Source of the DNA: Candidatus Heimdallarchaeota archaeon
GTDB taxonomy: Archaea > Asgardarchaeota > Heimdallarchaeia > Heimdallarchaeales > Heimdallarchaeaceae
Direction: 5' to 3'
Assembly (NCBI GenBank): GCA_018238545.1
Contig: JABCTC010000024.1
Location: 1-52,427, forward strand
Length of the DNA: 52,427 nt
The translations under genes and the position numbers were made by a program. The notes below the pieces were generated by a model. The model saw nothing but the letters and a program-made list of their open reading frames with translations. It did no database searches and was not told the DNA's origin. Below, piece after piece: positions 17,258-27,200 of the stretch. The stretch's first letter is position 1. Each line of letters begins with the position of its first letter.

Positions 17258-18862
17258 CTAGCTTTCAGTATTCAATTTGTTTTTCTTATAAAGATCTTTA
17301 AGACTAGTTAAATGTACTTCTTTTACAGTTTTGTTTATCAGATTCTCGGTTGTTTTCATGTGATTCATAAATTCTTTCCCAGAATCAACATAGCAAAGTA
17401 TAATTTTTTCATACTTCATTTCTTTAATAAATTTCTCAACATCAATATTTACTAATTCCATTAAATTCTTAGAAATAACATTAGAGAAGACATATTGACT
17501 AAATGGGAACGTTTCAATTAATTCTGAAGGAAGAACTCCAATGAAAGGTAAAAACATTCCAACATCAACTTCCTCTGATTCTCGTTGGATAATTTTCTTT
17601 AGATTTTCGTTTGCAAATAGCAGTTCAATTGGATTCTTTCTACCTGAGGTTAAGAATAATAGCATTTGATTGCTTTGTGGACTAAAATTTTCGATGATCC
17701 TTCTTCTTGATCTAGTAAATTCTGGTCGATAATATGAGAATTCGTCAAATATCTTTAATCCAACTTGTTTGGTGATTGGTGTTAAAAGTTCCCAATAGGA
17801 CTTTTCAGTGTTTTTTAGAACGTAATTGAAAGCTTTGAATAATGCGGGATGTGACTTAGCTTTCTGCTCAATTAATTCCCATAGTCTTCCTTCTCTTAAA
17901 GAAACACGTATTTGCTTAATCTCAGCCGATGATGCGGCGAGATTGTGCAAAGATAAATTGCGAACTCTTTCCTCTTTATCCAATTCTTGTAATTCCTTTG
18001 AAGTCCATTTTGAACAAACTTCACAATTACATGGTAGTTCACTAAGATTTGAAAGGTGGTAAGTTCCCCTAGATGTCATATAACGGTTTTCTTTAGCATA
18101 GAGAACGTAAGCTGCACTATCAAATGTGTCACATCCTAAAGCTACTATATATGGAAATATCATGGGGTGACCAGCACCAAAGAGGTGAAATGGTATGTTG
18201 TATGGCAGTTTTCTTCTTGCTGTTTGTATCATCGAAAAGAGTGAAACATAGTCATATTGCGACATTATAGGAACTACACTTCCAAGAGCATAGAATTTAA
18301 AGAAATCTCGATACCCTTTGTCTGATACTTCATCTATATATCTATCAATTAGTTGAGTGTTTTTTCCGCCCTGTATAGGGAGTGTCCATTTTGTTTCTGG
18401 ATGATTTTTAACGTGTTCAAGAGAAATATCAATGCGTTTTATAGTTTCATCTACTTTTTGGCTAGCTTGTTGAAAGCTATCAGTTGGAGGAGTAGGAACA
18501 TCTAAAATTACGCCAACATCTGTTCCTAATTTGCTCTGAATCTCTAATGAAAGAAGGGGGCTTATGTCTACATCTCCATAAGCCAATGTCTGATAAGCGC
18601 CACTATCCATCATAATATTACCATTAAAATCTATGATTTCGTGGATTTTCATTGAATCATCAGGTAAACCAAATCGTTTGAGAAATAGATATGCACTAGT
18701 GATAATGAAATTAAAACCAAATTTCTTAGATATTTCTTCTGCTGATATAATATTGTTTTTTGGATCTAAAACAGGTAAAAGGGTTGGTGTTATAACGTCT
18801 TCTCTTTCAAATTTGATTTTAGCTAATCTTCCATGCAAATCTGTGGCTACAATTTCGTCCAT
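17258..18862 (-). CDS. tgtA: Archaeosine tRNA-guanine(15) transglycosylase
   Basis: MMDSGAYQ, LDVPT, PIQGG, HLFGAGHP, GCDTFDSAAY and the CxCxxC..H zinc site. Confidence 0.93.
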   Translation of the reverse strand: MDEIVATDLHGRLAKIKFEREDVITPTLLPVLDPKNNIISAEEISKKFGFNFIITSAYLFLKRFGLPDDSMKIHEIIDFNGNIMMDSGAYQTLAYGDVDISPLLSLEIQSKLGTDVGVILDVPTPPTDSFQQASQKVDETIKRIDISLEHVKNHPETKWTLPIQGGKNTQLIDRYIDEVSDKGYRDFFKFYALGSVVPIMSQYDYVSLFSMIQTARRKLPYNIPFHLFGAGHPMIFPYIVALGCDTFDSAAYVLYAKENRYMTSRGTYHLSNLSELPCNCEVCSKWTSKELQELDKEERVRNLSLHNLAASSAEIKQIRVSLREGRLWELIEQKAKSHPALFKAFNYVLKNTEKSYWELLTPITKQVGLKIFDEFSYYRPEFTRSRRRIIENFSPQSNQMLLFLTSGRKNPIELLFANENLKKIIQRESEEVDVGMFLPFIGVLPSELIETFPFSQYVFSNVISKNLMELVNIDVEKFIKEMKYEKIILCYVDSGKEFMNHMKTTENLINKTVKEVHLTSLKDLYKKNKLNTES

Positions 18863-18918
18863 GTTCCTACACCTAGAGTCAATCAAAATAATAAAAAAAG
18901 GATATTATAGATTGAGTA

Positions 18919-19338
18919 TTACTCAGTCTGTGCTTTGTACTTATCAAATATCTTTTGTATTCTTTCAGAGATGGGTCCTGTACCTTTAACACCTTCTTCA
19001 CTAACAGTAAACCTATCAAACACCTGAATAATTGCTGCTTCTTCAATAACTTTTACGTTTTGAGGTTGGAACATCTGTGATAGTTCACTTGCTAGCCCTG
19101 ATAAATCAAAAGGCTCTTCAGCTAAAGTAATTTCAACAATGTTGCTACCTGTAATGAAAACTCTATAATAATACTCTCCACTACTGTCAGCATCTGCTAA
19201 AACCACATTTAAATTATTGTCTTGTATTCCTCGAAGAACACCTATATAGATTCTTTCATTGTTCAACAAAATTTTAACTCTTTTATTAAGAAGTCCACTT
19301 AATTCTAATAGAAACTCACGATTTGGGTTTGCTGGCAT
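18919..19338 (-). CDS. Lsm/Sm-like protein with C-terminal extension (SmAP3-type)
   Basis: Sm1 (YIGVLRGI..NLNVVL) and Sm2 (FITGSNIVEI) motifs plus a C-terminal domain. Confidence 0.85.
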   Translation of the reverse strand: MPANPNREFLLELSGLLNKRVKILLNNERIYIGVLRGIQDNNLNVVLADADSSGEYYYRVFITGSNIVEITLAEEPFDLSGLASELSQMFQPQNVKVIEEAAIIQVFDRFTVSEEGVKGTGPISERIQKIFDKYKAQTE

Positions 19339-19399
19339 AATAATCAAGGCAAACTCAAAGTCTGTATAAAAAAATGTTATGATATTCGATACTGTTTTT

Positions 19400-21421
19400 C
19401 TAGTAATTTTCTTGCTTTTTTAACCATATAGCTTCTCTAATGGTTTTCTTTATTTCTTTATTTACTACTGTAACTATGGGACATACATCAAAACACTGTT
19501 TGCATTGGTTGCAGAGTTGTTTATTCACTTCTAATTTTCCTCTATCTATTCTTATTGCCTTTTCTTTACATTTCCCTACACACAATCCACAGCCAATGCA
19601 ATCAATGCTTCTTAGTATTGTATATACAAACGCATTTACAGCTTCTACTACTTCCTTTTTTGTTCTCGTTTCCTTTTCCTTGAAGCTTATCTTGAAAGTT
19701 CCATCTCCATATAGTATTATTGAGTAGTCTTTCCCAGTAATTCTTGTATAGTTCATTTGTTGATTCGTTTTCACTTCTCCTATCATTGGTAGTGCTTCAT
19801 TCACCTTCTCTAGTTGAACATTGTTAGAAAATGCTCCAATAACAGTTATAGGTCGTGTTATACAACCACTTTCCTCTAATTGTAAAGAAGTTAACGTCAT
19901 TTCTTTATCGGAATGTTTTCCTTCCTCTAAATTTGGGGGGAGAATGTCTTTGATCTTCTTAGGCAAACTCTTGAATCTCCATAAACCATAGGACCAATAT
20001 TCTTCGGGAAGGTTCCTGTCTTCTCTCCAAGTCTTAACAGCTTCAAACAATTGATTGTGTAAACTGGGATGATGTTCTTCAAGGATTTGCATTTGTGCTA
20101 AATTGGACGAAGGGCAAGCCCAACAACCAATGCGCTCGTAACCATAGTCGTAAAGAGGATTATAAGGCAAATCTTTCCAAAAAATGTAAAGCCAAATCAT
20201 GAAAGCTGTCCAATTTTGAATAGGGGAAACATTAATCTGATTAGGGATGTATTGGTTCTGCCAAATGTTTGTAACAGAACGCTGGAAAGATTCGTATCTG
20301 CGCTGACCAATAAAACTGACACATTTGCCTTCAGGAAAATTCTGTTCAATAAGTTTCTGAATGGGAGCGAGTTTGGCAAATTTGCAGCAATAACGAAAAT
20401 CTCTACCAGGGGGACCGAACCGAGAAAAAGCTTCCCAGAAAAGATCAGAAGAAACACTTTCAATAATCAACTTATCTTCAACATTGAGGAATTTGCTACT
20501 TTCCTTAACGTAATCAATGGTTTCAGGAAACTCTATACCAGTATTGGCAAAAATAACTTTGATGTCTTCGTTAGGAAGAGCATCCATAACAAGTTTGAGA
20601 GTAACCAAACTATCCTTACCACCGCTGTAAGAGACAGAGACAGGTAATTGCAAGTCGCTTGTGATTTTAATGATGAAATCAGCTGATTCTTTTTCAATTT
20701 TTTGTAATTCAGATTGATTCCATTTAACAATCTCCTCCCAGGAAAGTTTGGTCTTTTTAAGAGAAAATTTTTCAGTGACAGGTTTGTAGTTTTTAGCGTA
20801 AATACCTTTTTCCATGTTCTTTCTATCAGATTCATTTATGCGAGCAATCCCACCTGCTATGACTTCATCATTATTGTTAATTACAACAATATAGTCACCA
20901 ATCTTAATGTCTGGGTCAGCATCTATAACTCCAGGGATAAGAATACTTGCTCCATTCTTGATATAATCAACAGCTCCATCACCAACCTTGACCCATCTCT
21001 TGGAAAATTTGCCGTTTAAGAGCGATAAACCATTTTTGCTAAGTTTGATGATCCATCTATTTGTGACAATATCAAATCGTCGAACACCAATACTGTAATT
21101 CTGGAGGAATATCTCATCCATGAAATCTTCTGAACCAACGTGGTTTAAAATAACAACATCTTCCTCTGTTATTATTTCAACATCGTCACCGAAATTATCA
21201 GAGATAAGTTTGCGAATCTGGACAATATCCGCCTTCATTGCAGGACGAGCATCATAAGGGGGAGTAAGAGGAAATAATTTAGTTTGACCTTCACAAATAG
21301 GGCAACTCCTAGCTTTGATGATTGGTAAAACACAATTATCACAGAAGAAAAGCGTATTTGGGCCTAAAATAGGGACATTTTTCTTTTTCTTCTTTCTTTT
21401 GGTTGAGATATTTTGCACCAC
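19400..21421 (-). CDS. PAPS-reductase-family protein with Zn-ribbon, PUA and 4Fe-4S domains
   Basis: SYSGGKDS, YCC, RIGCWACP, PUA segment (GASILIPGV) and two CxxCxxCxxxC motifs. Likely GTG start near 21418-21421. Confidence 0.88.
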   Translation of the reverse strand: MVQNISTKRKKKKKNVPILGPNTLFFCDNCVLPIIKARSCPICEGQTKLFPLTPPYDARPAMKADIVQIRKLISDNFGDDVEIITEEDVVILNHVGSEDFMDEIFLQNYSIGVRRFDIVTNRWIIKLSKNGLSLLNGKFSKRWVKVGDGAVDYIKNGASILIPGVIDADPDIKIGDYIVVINNNDEVIAGGIARINESDRKNMEKGIYAKNYKPVTEKFSLKKTKLSWEEIVKWNQSELQKIEKESADFIIKITSDLQLPVSVSYSGGKDSLVTLKLVMDALPNEDIKVIFANTGIEFPETIDYVKESSKFLNVEDKLIIESVSSDLFWEAFSRFGPPGRDFRYCCKFAKLAPIQKLIEQNFPEGKCVSFIGQRRYESFQRSVTNIWQNQYIPNQINVSPIQNWTAFMIWLYIFWKDLPYNPLYDYGYERIGCWACPSSNLAQMQILEEHHPSLHNQLFEAVKTWREDRNLPEEYWSYGLWRFKSLPKKIKDILPPNLEEGKHSDKEMTLTSLQLEESGCITRPITVIGAFSNNVQLEKVNEALPMIGEVKTNQQMNYTRITGKDYSIILYGDGTFKISFKEKETRTKKEVVEAVNAFVYTILRSIDCIGCGLCVGKCKEKAIRIDRGKLEVNKQLCNQCKQCFDVCPIVTVVNKEIKKTIREAIWLKKQENY

Positions 21422-21422
21422 C

Positions 21423-22442
21423 TTAAGTCTCTCTAAGGAGTCGCATGAGAATACGAGGAATTTGCTTGTAACTGTTAACCTCTGAGAACTTCCCTTTGCC
21501 AAGTCTAGCAAGATCTTTACACACTCTTCTTCCCCAATCTTGTTTACTTGGTAATGCTAAAACATGAAGTTTGGGGAAATATTTTAGATAAGGTCGGGGG
21601 TCGCCTCCTCTATTGAAAGCTCCATCGGTAACAAGAACACCAAATTTGTTTCTCTTTTTGATTTTTTCGAGTTCTAGACCACCATATTTTAACCCTTCAG
21701 AAATATTAGTATATCCTGCACTATCGCTCTCAAGGATCCGATTAATTAGTTCGTCTGTCTTAACCCTTTCTTTTATACGTTTGATAGTATATGCCTTTGT
21801 ATTGAATACTACAACGCTGAAATTATCTCGTGCTAAGTTATATGCCATCACAGCAACTGTCAAAGCTGCTGTTGTGAATCGTTCACCATACAACGAACCA
21901 GAAGTATCAAACATCAATACTGCAGTCTTTTGTTTTTCCTTTCTCTCAAGACTAACAATGTCTTCAGTGTTCAAGATTCTACTTCTATTTTCCAGAAACC
22001 TTTCTAACGTTTCATCGATATCAAATTCATCTATACCTGGTTCATATTCAGTTTGTTCAAAAACTTCTCCCCTAATCCCTTGACTTGTAACACCAAAAGC
22101 GGTTGTTAAAATAACTTTTCTTGCTAATCTACGGAAAATTGGTCTCGTTCTATCGTCTAAAGCTGACCTTAGCATAAAGAATAATTCAGGAGCACTACTA
22201 TCGCCTTTAGATGCTCTTCTTGAAACAAGCGTATAACCTTTCTTAGAGTTTAACGCTTCCGCAACAGCAAACTTGTTTGAAATAGCTAAACCCTGAATAG
22301 CTGGCATATTATCAACATCAACAGCTAATTCAGTTTGCTTTTTAATTTCATAATAACTCATACCTTCAGATAAACTTGAATATACTGAAGGGTTTCTTTT
22401 TCCAGATACAATTTCGGCTTCTAGGAGTCTATTTTTATCCAT
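21423..22442 (-). CDS. VWA-domain protein (CoxE/ChlD-C-like)
   Basis: MIDAS motif DTSGS..., GYTN, VTDG. Confidence 0.88.
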   Translation of the reverse strand: MDKNRLLEAEIVSGKRNPSVYSSLSEGMSYYEIKKQTELAVDVDNMPAIQGLAISNKFAVAEALNSKKGYTLVSRRASKGDSSAPELFFMLRSALDDRTRPIFRRLARKVILTTAFGVTSQGIRGEVFEQTEYEPGIDEFDIDETLERFLENRSRILNTEDIVSLERKEKQKTAVLMFDTSGSLYGERFTTAALTVAVMAYNLARDNFSVVVFNTKAYTIKRIKERVKTDELINRILESDSAGYTNISEGLKYGGLELEKIKKRNKFGVLVTDGAFNRGGDPRPYLKYFPKLHVLALPSKQDWGRRVCKDLARLGKGKFSEVNSYKQIPRILMRLLRET

Positions 22443-22501
22443 TTTTCCTCTGAAGACATATGGTTTTTGAAAGTCCTCTCGGAATGGATCCCCCTCCTCG
22501 T

Positions 22502-23383
22502 CTAGAAAAAATCCATATCTTGTAAAGTGGTAGTGACTATGTCTTTAATTACATCTTCTACTAAACTCTCAACCCCATCTTCTAGTTCGATCTTGGTTGC
22601 TAAAGCCATTATTGCACTATCAATCCAAGATTCAATGTCATTTACTTCTAGAAATCGAATTATTGCTGCTAAATCTATTGCTCCTCTGATGGAAGACCCT
22701 CTTCGCAGGTCTGGCCAATCTCTTGTTGCTCGAACAATCTTCACAGCCATGGTAATAACTTTTTCATCCTTGATACCTGTTCGAACACGAACAATGTTTT
22801 GCTCTTCCTCTTCAGGCTGATATTGTAACCTTATCCAAACGAACCTATCTCTTAAAGCCTCACTCAAAGGAGTTGTTGCTACGAGTTCCGCTGGGTTCAT
22901 TGCACTAACAATGAAGAAACCTTCAATAGCTTTAACTGCACCTAATTTTGGGATCATTATTATTCCTTCATCCATGGCAGCTAAAAGCACGTTTTGTGTG
23001 CCTTCTGGCATCCTATTCAATTCATTCAAGAACAGAATAGCACCTTGTTGCATGGCTTTGGTTAATGGTCCTGTGACAAATGAATCCCAATCGTATCCTT
23101 TTTCAATTACCATTGGAGGGTCAAAATGCCCAACTAGTTTAGAAGAGCTATATCTTTCATCACCATCTACTCTTTCAAGATCTTGGGAGAAGTAAGATGC
23201 TAGTGCATGAGCTAATGTGGTTTTACCCACTCCAACATCTCCCTCTAACAATATATGTCTGTTAGCAAGCTTTGCTGCTAAACATTTCTTAAGTTCAGAT
23301 GGCCTACCAACAATATTAAATTGCTTTTGAATTTCCTCAATCATCTCATCAATGGTTTTATCCTGTTTAACAACGCCTTCCAT
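22502..23383 (-). CDS. MoxR-family AAA+ ATPase
   Basis: GDVGVGKT, LNELNR, AMNP, LSEALRDRF and SIRG. Confidence 0.9.
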   Translation of the reverse strand: MEGVVKQDKTIDEMIEEIQKQFNIVGRPSELKKCLAAKLANRHILLEGDVGVGKTTLAHALASYFSQDLERVDGDERYSSSKLVGHFDPPMVIEKGYDWDSFVTGPLTKAMQQGAILFLNELNRMPEGTQNVLLAAMDEGIIMIPKLGAVKAIEGFFIVSAMNPAELVATTPLSEALRDRFVWIRLQYQPEEEEQNIVRVRTGIKDEKVITMAVKIVRATRDWPDLRRGSSIRGAIDLAAIIRFLEVNDIESWIDSAIMALATKIELEDGVESLVEDVIKDIVTTTLQDMDFF

Positions 23384-23587
23384 CGATATTTCTATCCTTT
23401 ATAACATTATAACAAACTATTAATTTGAAACAATAAGCTTTATCTTCCAAGTTTTATATACTTTTAGATATTCCAGTTTTTGCAATTTTGCTGGAATCTA
23501 GTTCTTCTAACTAAACACAAATTCGTTTAATTTTTGTTTTAAACCTAATTGTTTGCTGGTATACTAGAGATGTTTACAAAAGCATTT

Positions 23588-24193
23588 TTAAATATCTCGA
23601 CTTGCGATATTTAGAGCAGCATTAATGTTTTTGCTATACCTAATCTCTGCTAAACGGTTCTTATTTTGAGATGTGAAATCTTCATCTATAACATTGACGG
23701 GGATTTTTTCGTGGAATATACTTTTCAATCTCTTAATAACTTCCTCTTTAATTTTCCCTCCACCCCTACCGATGTTTACTCTGAAGATGTCTGTTTCAAC
23801 ATTGAAAAAAACTGTGATGGCTTCTTTTACTGCATCAACAGCTGTAAAGAACTCATCTACACCTAAGATGTTTTTTCCTTCTCCTATTACGGCAAAACCT
23901 ATAGTTTCTCCAGGATCTATACCAACAACCACATCACCAAATTTCTTTTTACTGTTTGCAATAAGGAGAATGTTGGAAAAGAGATAGTAATGATTGAAAG
24001 CTTTTGGTATGAACATTTTACTACTTTTGATACCTTTTTTCTCTGCTTCAGTTGTAATTATAACGTCAACGTGGTTAGTTGTATATTCCTCAGGTAAGAT
24101 GTGATTAGTTTTAATTAGATTTATATTAGAAAGAATATTCTCAACTGTATACAAAAACCTAAAATTCTTAGTCGCAATTGTAACCTTAATCAC
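23588..24193 (-). CDS. RNase H-fold (RuvC/YqgF-like) domain protein
   Basis: VVGIDPGETIGFAV, IDEDFTS and NINAALNIA; probable GTG start at 24193. Confidence 0.65.
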   Translation of the reverse strand: MIKVTIATKNFRFLYTVENILSNINLIKTNHILPEEYTTNHVDVIITTEAEKKGIKSSKMFIPKAFNHYYLFSNILLIANSKKKFGDVVVGIDPGETIGFAVIGEGKNILGVDEFFTAVDAVKEAITVFFNVETDIFRVNIGRGGGKIKEEVIKRLKSIFHEKIPVNVIDEDFTSQNKNRLAEIRYSKNINAALNIASRDI

Positions 24194-24294
24194 AGTTAAA
24201 CGAAGCTTTCCTATTAAAAAATATTTACATCTCAAAACTACATCTGACAGACTTATAAAGTTAAAAAGTTTACACGTACATTGTCCAAAACGGA

Positions 24295-27200
24295 TTGGTG
24301 AATCAAATCACTCAGAATCAGAATCTATCTATAAACATGCAAGATTATTTCGATCGTCTAAATGATCAATTACATGTAATTTATAATATTGCCGAAAAAG
24401 CTCGAAAACAAGGATTAGATCCATCTCTTAATGTCGAAACACCAATCGCTAAAGATATAGCTGATAGAGTTGAGGGCTTGATTGGTCCAGAAGGGGTAGG
24501 AGTAAGAATTAGGGAACTAGAGAAACAGAACTTATCTAGGGAACAAGTTGCTTTCAGAATTGCTGGTGAAATTTGTGATCAACAATTGATCAAGGGGGCT
24601 AAGGAAATATTGGCAGATCAAGCTTTACGTACATCTCTTGCCGTTATTACTGAAAGTATCACTGCTGCTCCTATTGAGGGCATCGCTAAGGTCAAGATTA
24701 AACAGAATGATGATGGGACTGATTATCTTGCAGTTTATTATTCAGGTCCAATACGTTCAGCAGGTGGCACTGCAGCTGGTATGAGTGTTCTATTAGGGGA
24801 TTTTATTAGAAAAAGATTGAAGATAGGTAAATATCAACCAGATCAAAGAGAGGTTGAGAGATATGTAGAAGAATTGGAGTTATATAACAGAGTTAGTCAT
24901 CTACAACTTCCGACAACAAAAGAAGAGCAAAGATTTGCTGCTCAGAACCTGCCTATCGAGATTAGTGGGGAACCAACTGACAAAGTTGAGGTTACAGGAA
25001 ATCGTGATTTAAGAAGAATCGAGACAAACCGTTTACGTGGTGGAGCTTGTTTAGTCTTTAATGATGGTCTTGTTGGTAGATCGAAGAAGCTTATAAAGAA
25101 AATAAAAGAGAACAAGCTTGATGGGTGGGATTGGCTTAATAAATTGATTGAAATTCACGGGAAAAGTAGTTCTGTCTCTGATGAAGAATCAGACACAGAA
25201 TTTGACGAAGAAGAGGAAATGGAAATTGAGGTTGAAGAAGAAATCGCTTCAGATATGGGATATATAAAAGATGTAATTGGAGGGAGACCTGTTTTTGCAC
25301 ACCCCTCAGAAAAAGGAGGTTTTAGGCTTAGATATGGTAGATCTAGAACAACAGGTTTAGCAGGTATGGGTATTCATCCTGCTCTTATGGGTTTGGTAGA
25401 TGATTTTCTAGCTTGTGGGACCCATGTACGTACAGAAAGACCTGGTAAGGGAGCAATAGTTATGCCTGTTGATTCAATCCATCCACCTATTGTAAAACTA
25501 AAGAATGGTGATGTAGTAAAAATAGAAAGTTATGCTGAAGCAATAGCTGTTAGAGAAAACTTACTTGAAATACTATTTTTAGGAGATATGTTGTATGGAG
25601 TTGGTGAGTTTAATCAGAATAATTTTGATTTGATACCTTCAGGGTACTGTGAAGAATGGTGGGCTCAAGAGCTTGAGAAAGCTTTTGTAGATTATAAGGA
25701 AACCACAGATATAAAAATCAATAACAAACTTTTAGAGAAAATTGATGGCTTTATTCACCATCCTCATAATTCAATTCCTTCACCTCAAGAAGCACTTGAA
25801 TTATCCGATAAACTAGACCTCCCCCTCCATCCAGAATATACCTATCACTGGTCTGATATTTCCATAGAAGAATATAAACTTCTTAGAAACCATATAAAGT
25901 CAAATAGTAATTTTGATACTAATATCCTTGAAATTGAGCACAAACCTGAAGTTAAAAAAATATTAGAATCAATCTGTATCCCTCACAAGCTAGTACAAGA
26001 TAAGATTGTATTGGATTTACACTCATTACCTTTGTTAAATACGATTGGTTATGTAGAAGGAAAACTATTACAAATTTCCAAAAAGAAGGGAAGGTTAATC
26101 GATTTAATCAATTCTTTAAAAAACGTGAACATCAGAAATAAATGCCCAGTTTACACTGGAGCTAGAATGGGGAGACCAGAAAAAGCAAAAGACAGGCGAA
26201 TGAAACCCCCTGTTCAGCTGTTGTTCCCAATTGGAGATGCAGGAGGAAGATTAAGAGATTTATTTGTTGCTGCTACTCATAAAAATATCAACGTAGAATT
26301 ATCGCGTAGATTGTGTCCTTCATGTGGCACTCTTACCCACAATATTTTGTGTTCAACTTGCAATGCTCCTACTATCGTCTCTGCAATTTGTTCTTCATGC
26401 AACTTGGAAACTACAGAAGATCGTTGTTCAAAATGTGGTAGGATGACACAACACTACCAAACAGTGAATTATCCATTAGCAAATCAGATTGAAGAAGCAA
26501 AGAAGAGAATTGGCCCCCCGATTCCTAAAAAAGTTAAAACCATAAAAAAACTAATGAATAAGCTTCGAGCTCCTGAATTAATAGATAAGGGGATTTTAAG
26601 GGCAAAACATGATCTTTTTGTTTATAGAGATGGGACAATTCGATTTGATTCGACTGATGCCGTACTAACACATTTCAAACCTTCAGAAATTGGAGCAACT
26701 ATTCAACAATTACATGATCAAGGATACTCGGCAGATATTAATGGAAAACCTTTAGTCAGTTCAGATCAAATTGTTGAACTTAAAATTCAAGATATAGTTT
26801 TGAACATAGATGGAGGTCATCATTTAGCTAGAGTTACTAATTTTATTGATGAATTATTGGAAAAAGTATATGGATTACCACACTATTACAATGTAAAAAA
26901 ACCTTCAGACCTTATAGGAAAACTTGTGATGGGTTTAGCTCCACACACTTCAGCGGGAATTGTGGGGAGAATAATTGGATTCACTAAAGCTAAAGTTAAC
27001 TTCGCTCATCCTTATTGGCACGCAGCGAAAAGAAGAAATTGCTTATCTAAAGATGAAGAAATCCTTATCTGGGATAACAATGCACGCCAATTAATTCGCA
27101 AAAATATTGGAGAAATTGTTGATGAACTTGTTGCTTTAGGGGCTCAACAAGAAATTGTTGATGATTATGGAACCCTTGCAATTGAGAATCTTCACCCACA

